Shown one piece after another: positions 61,473-64,000 of a stretch of 64,000 nucleotides of DNA (positions are counted from its first letter, which is position 1; every line of letters begins with the position of its first letter). The translations under genes and the position numbers were made by a program. Where the stretch lies: positions 3,114-67,113 of the forward strand of contig CAMCZW010000005.1 in NCBI GenBank assembly GCA_945888435.1, read 5' to 3'. Source of the stretch: a bacterium UBP8_UBA817 (GTDB taxonomy: Bacteria > Margulisbacteria > Marinamargulisbacteria > SXXA01 > SICP01). Below the pieces are notes generated by a model. The model was not told where the DNA came from and did not search any database. It saw only the letters and a program-made list of their open reading frames with translations.

Positions 61473-62179
61473 TGAGTAACAGTGCTGGTGCGGATTGCAC
61501 GGCGTGAAAGCCAAGCAACGCCTAACATGTCTATGAATGGGCCTACAAGCCGATTAAATAAATGATATTTTGCAACTCCGGCGACTCTTGGAAAATGCCG
61601 AACCGGAACTTGGATGATACTGCCGCCACTCATCAGGAAAAGGGCCGGCAAAAAACGATGAAAGCCATTAAATTTAGGCAATTGCTGAAGTACTTTTGTT
61701 TTGCCTATTTTGAGAGGGCATCCTGAATCCTGAACGCCGTCGTTTAAAACGATGCGTCTGATTTTATTGGCAATCTTGGATGACATTTTTTTGACGATGC
61801 TGTCTTGGCGTTTTTGTCTTATCCCACAAACCAGATCATATTGATCAAGTAATGGATAAAAACTCTGGAAATCTTCAGGGGTAGTTTGAAGATCTGCGTC
61901 GATATAGCCGGTATAAGGGGTATCGCTATTTCTAATGCCGATTTCGAGAGCTGCACTTAGTCCAGAATTTTCTGCTAATTTGATCCAGTGGTATCTATGA
62001 TCCTGATGACACTTGTGAACGATTAACTGACTACTTTTATCTTGAGATCCATCATCAACTAAAAGTATTTTTACTGATTTTTCGGAGATGGCTAAAAACT
62101 TATCCATTTTGTCAAAAAATAGAGGTAAACAGTCTTCTTCATTAAAGATGGGAACGATGATGGTGACGTCAAATTTCAT
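61469..62179 (-). CDS. GT2 polyprenol-phosphate glycosyltransferase (RgtE/DPM-like)
   Basis: VPIFNEE, VDDGSQD, IDADLQ, DSGCPLK, FNGFHRFLPAL, HFPRVAGVAKY. Confidence 0.92.
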   Translation of the reverse strand: MKFDVTIIVPIFNEEDCLPLFFDKMDKFLAISEKSVKILLVDDGSQDKSSQLIVHKCHQDHRYHWIKLAENSGLSAALEIGIRNSDTPYTGYIDADLQTTPEDFQSFYPLLDQYDLVCGIRQKRQDSIVKKMSSKIANKIRRIVLNDGVQDSGCPLKIGKTKVLQQLPKFNGFHRFLPALFLMSGGSIIQVPVRHFPRVAGVAKYHLFNRLVGPFIDMLGVAWLSRRAIRTSTVTQ

Positions 62180-62222
62180 GCGCCTGATGATAGCATTAAG
62201 TCGGTGTATTGTCGCTTAAAAA

Positions 62223-62299
62223 TGGTGCGCCAGGCAAGATTCGAACTTGCGACCTACGGATTAGAAATCCGTTGCTCTATCCGACTGAGCTACTGGCGC
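62223..62299 (-). tRNA. tRNA-Arg(TCT)
   Basis: Reverse complement GCGCCAG...ACGGA TTTCTAA TCCGT...TTCGAAT...CTGGCGC A CCA. Confidence 0.97.
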
Positions 62300-62346
62300 T
62301 TAAGGTGGAATAAGTTTGCCATTTTAGTCGGGAAGTGGCAAGACTT

Positions 62347-62841
62347 TTAGCGTTGGTCTAGGTACTTTGAAAAATCATCAGGATTGATGTTGTCGATGAA
62401 GTCTTTAAATTTTTTAGTTTCTTCTTCGTCTTTTTCAGAATTGACCATCTTAGCTTTGATCATGACAGATTCGGAAACAAAAATGGGGACTTTGGACCGA
62501 ACAGCGACTGCGATTGCATCTGAAGGACGCGCATCAATTTTGAGGATATCCGTTTCGTACTTACTTTTGATTTCGATAATCGCATAAAATGTATTATCGA
62601 CGATTTGACTAATGACAATCCGCTCAACCTTACCGCCAAGCTCTGTGAGGATCTTGGTGATGAGGTCGTGGGTCATTGGCCGGGGGGATTTAAATTCTTG
62701 CAGCTCCATTGCAATTGCTGCTGCTTCGAACATTCCTATCCAGATGGGTAGAAAGTTACGCTCCTCTAAATCCTTTAGAAGGACAATCGGGGACATGTTT
62801 TTCGGATCAAATCCAAGTCCGCCGAGTTGCATCTCTACCAT
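62347..62841 (-). CDS. Bifunctional nuclease family protein (DUF151)
   Basis: LPIWIGMFEA, RPMTHDL, IDARPSDAIA. Confidence 0.95.
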   Translation of the reverse strand: MVEMQLGGLGFDPKNMSPIVLLKDLEERNFLPIWIGMFEAAAIAMELQEFKSPRPMTHDLITKILTELGGKVERIVISQIVDNTFYAIIEIKSKYETDILKIDARPSDAIAVAVRSKVPIFVSESVMIKAKMVNSEKDEEETKKFKDFIDNINPDDFSKYLDQR

Positions 62842-62855
62842 GTGTTGTTCTCTAC

Positions 62856-63203
62856 TTATTTTTGGACGACAGCGACAATTTCTTTAAAAGTCTCAGGCTG
62901 AGAGATTGCCAGTTCTGATAGTGTTTTTCGGTTAAGAATAATATTTTTCTTATGGACATTGCCCATAAATTTTGAATAAGAAATTCCAAGCTGATCTAGA
63001 GCTGCATTCATTCGGGTAATCCAAAGTGCTCTGAAATCTCTTTTTTTGAGTTTTCTACCGATAAAGGCGTTTGCTAGGGAGTGTAAGTATGCCTGGTGGG
63101 CTGGGCGATACAGTTTGGATAAGGATCCAACGAACCCTTTATTATTTTTTAGGACTTTTTTGTGTCTTCTTCTTGATACGTATCCGCGTTTTACTCTTGA
63201 CAT
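62856..63203 (-). CDS. rplT: 50S ribosomal protein L20
   Basis: MSRVKRG, RKLKKRDFRALWITRMNAA, LNRKTLSELA. Confidence 0.98.
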   Translation of the reverse strand: MSRVKRGYVSRRRHKKVLKNNKGFVGSLSKLYRPAHQAYLHSLANAFIGRKLKKRDFRALWITRMNAALDQLGISYSKFMGNVHKKNIILNRKTLSELAISQPETFKEIVAVVQK

Positions 63204-63229
63204 GGTTCTACCTCATTCTCTACTTGGGA

Positions 63230-63427
63230 CTACATCCCTGGCAACATTTGTTTTACTTTATCGATATCAGAAGGCGATAAAGTAGATGTGCCTCGTTTAT
63301 TTCGTTTTGATTTTGACGATTTGTGTTCTAACAAATGTCTCATTCCGGCGGCTCTGATGCGTACTTTACCTGTGCCGGTGATTTTAAATCTTTTTGCTGC
63401 TGATTTTCTTGTTTTTAACTTACCCAT
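63230..63427 (-). CDS. rpmI: 50S ribosomal protein L35
   Basis: KLKTRKSAAKRFKITGTGK, HLLEHKS. Confidence 0.98.
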   Translation of the reverse strand: MGKLKTRKSAAKRFKITGTGKVRIRAAGMRHLLEHKSSKSKRNKRGTSTLSPSDIDKVKQMLPGM

Positions 63428-63442
63428 CTTTAACGTCCTTTA

Positions 63443-63955
63443 CTAATGTTTCGGTGTAATCATTGTGGTCATTGACCGATTTGCGCTTACAATTCCTTGA
63501 GCCTGATCTACCGATCCTAAATCTTTTACAATATCGATAAACTTCTCAATTACTCGTCTTCCGAGCTCGGGATGCATAATCTCTCGTCCGCGAAATGGTA
63601 CGAATACTTTTACTGTGTAGCCTTTACCCAAAAACTCTTTGCATTTATTAATCCGAACGTTGAAGTCATTTTCGGATATTTTTGGACTTAATTTCAGTTC
63701 TTTCACTACCTGAGCTTTGTTATTTTTACGTGCTAACCGCTCTTTTTTTTGCTCTTGGTAGCGATATTGCCCATAATTGACAATTTTACATACAGGAGGC
63801 TTAGCGTTTTCACTTACCATTACTAAATCTAGATCGGCTTCTTGTGCTTGACTTAGGGCTGCTTCAATTGTCGCTACTCCTAATTGTTGTCCGTCGGCAC
63901 CGATTAACCTTACTTCTTTAGCCCTGATTCGCTCGTTAATTATATGGGTCTTTAT
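63443..63955 (-). CDS. infC: Translation initiation factor IF-3, non-AUG (ATA) start
   Basis: Frame extends upstream of the ORF-track start through INERIRAKEVRLI to an ATA 7 nt after AGGAGG; PPVCKIVNY, KELKLSPKI, FRGRE. Confidence 0.95.
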   Translation of the reverse strand: MKTHIINERIRAKEVRLIGADGQQLGVATIEAALSQAQEADLDLVMVSENAKPPVCKIVNYGQYRYQEQKKERLARKNNKAQVVKELKLSPKISENDFNVRINKCKEFLGKGYTVKVFVPFRGREIMHPELGRRVIEKFIDIVKDLGSVDQAQGIVSANRSMTTMITPKH

Positions 63956-64000
63956 AGAAATTCCTCCTGCTTTAATTGGGTGTGAGAGTATAGCATTGCA

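Overview
Gene-dense bacterial chromosomal window made mostly of housekeeping genes. The gene set (cinA-recA-rny-ymdB, HrcA/CIRCE, a single LptF/G permease with LptB, TamB next to Omp85, lipid A modification genes, rho) suggests a diderm Terrabacteria lineage, possibly Margulisbacteria-like; this is inference only. Contents in order: an AT-rich orphan; a ~15 kb minus-strand run (Gfo/Idh/MocA-metK-cinA-recA-rny-ymdB-lptB-lptF-mrpABCDEFG-thiC); a small AT-rich accessory islet (membrane protein bracketed by a duplicated gene start, toxin-antitoxin pair, PQ-loop protein, M23-DUF3892 peptidase); hrcA-grpE-dnaK-dnaJ with a perfect CIRCE; an exonuclease, pyrB and a type II glutamine synthetase; tamB-bamA, thrC, a MerR-DegV fusion, tsf-rpsB, hemL, rho, nadA; two ArnT/GT2 envelope modules; three tRNAs; and infC-rpmI-rplT. 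Most notable: (1) a stand-alone two-gene operon encoding a TPR/SPOR-like exported protein and a signal-peptide-bearing FliF(RBM3)-TM-FliG(M/C) fusion whose FliM-binding and torque motifs are eroded, a candidate non-flagellar membrane ring; (2) two divergent copies of a palindromic element with compensatory base changes; (3) an EarP/GT-B-like orphan; (4) a decayed duplicate of a gene 5' end. No CRISPR array, rRNA, integrase or transposase was seen. All family calls come from motifs recognised by eye, not from database searches.
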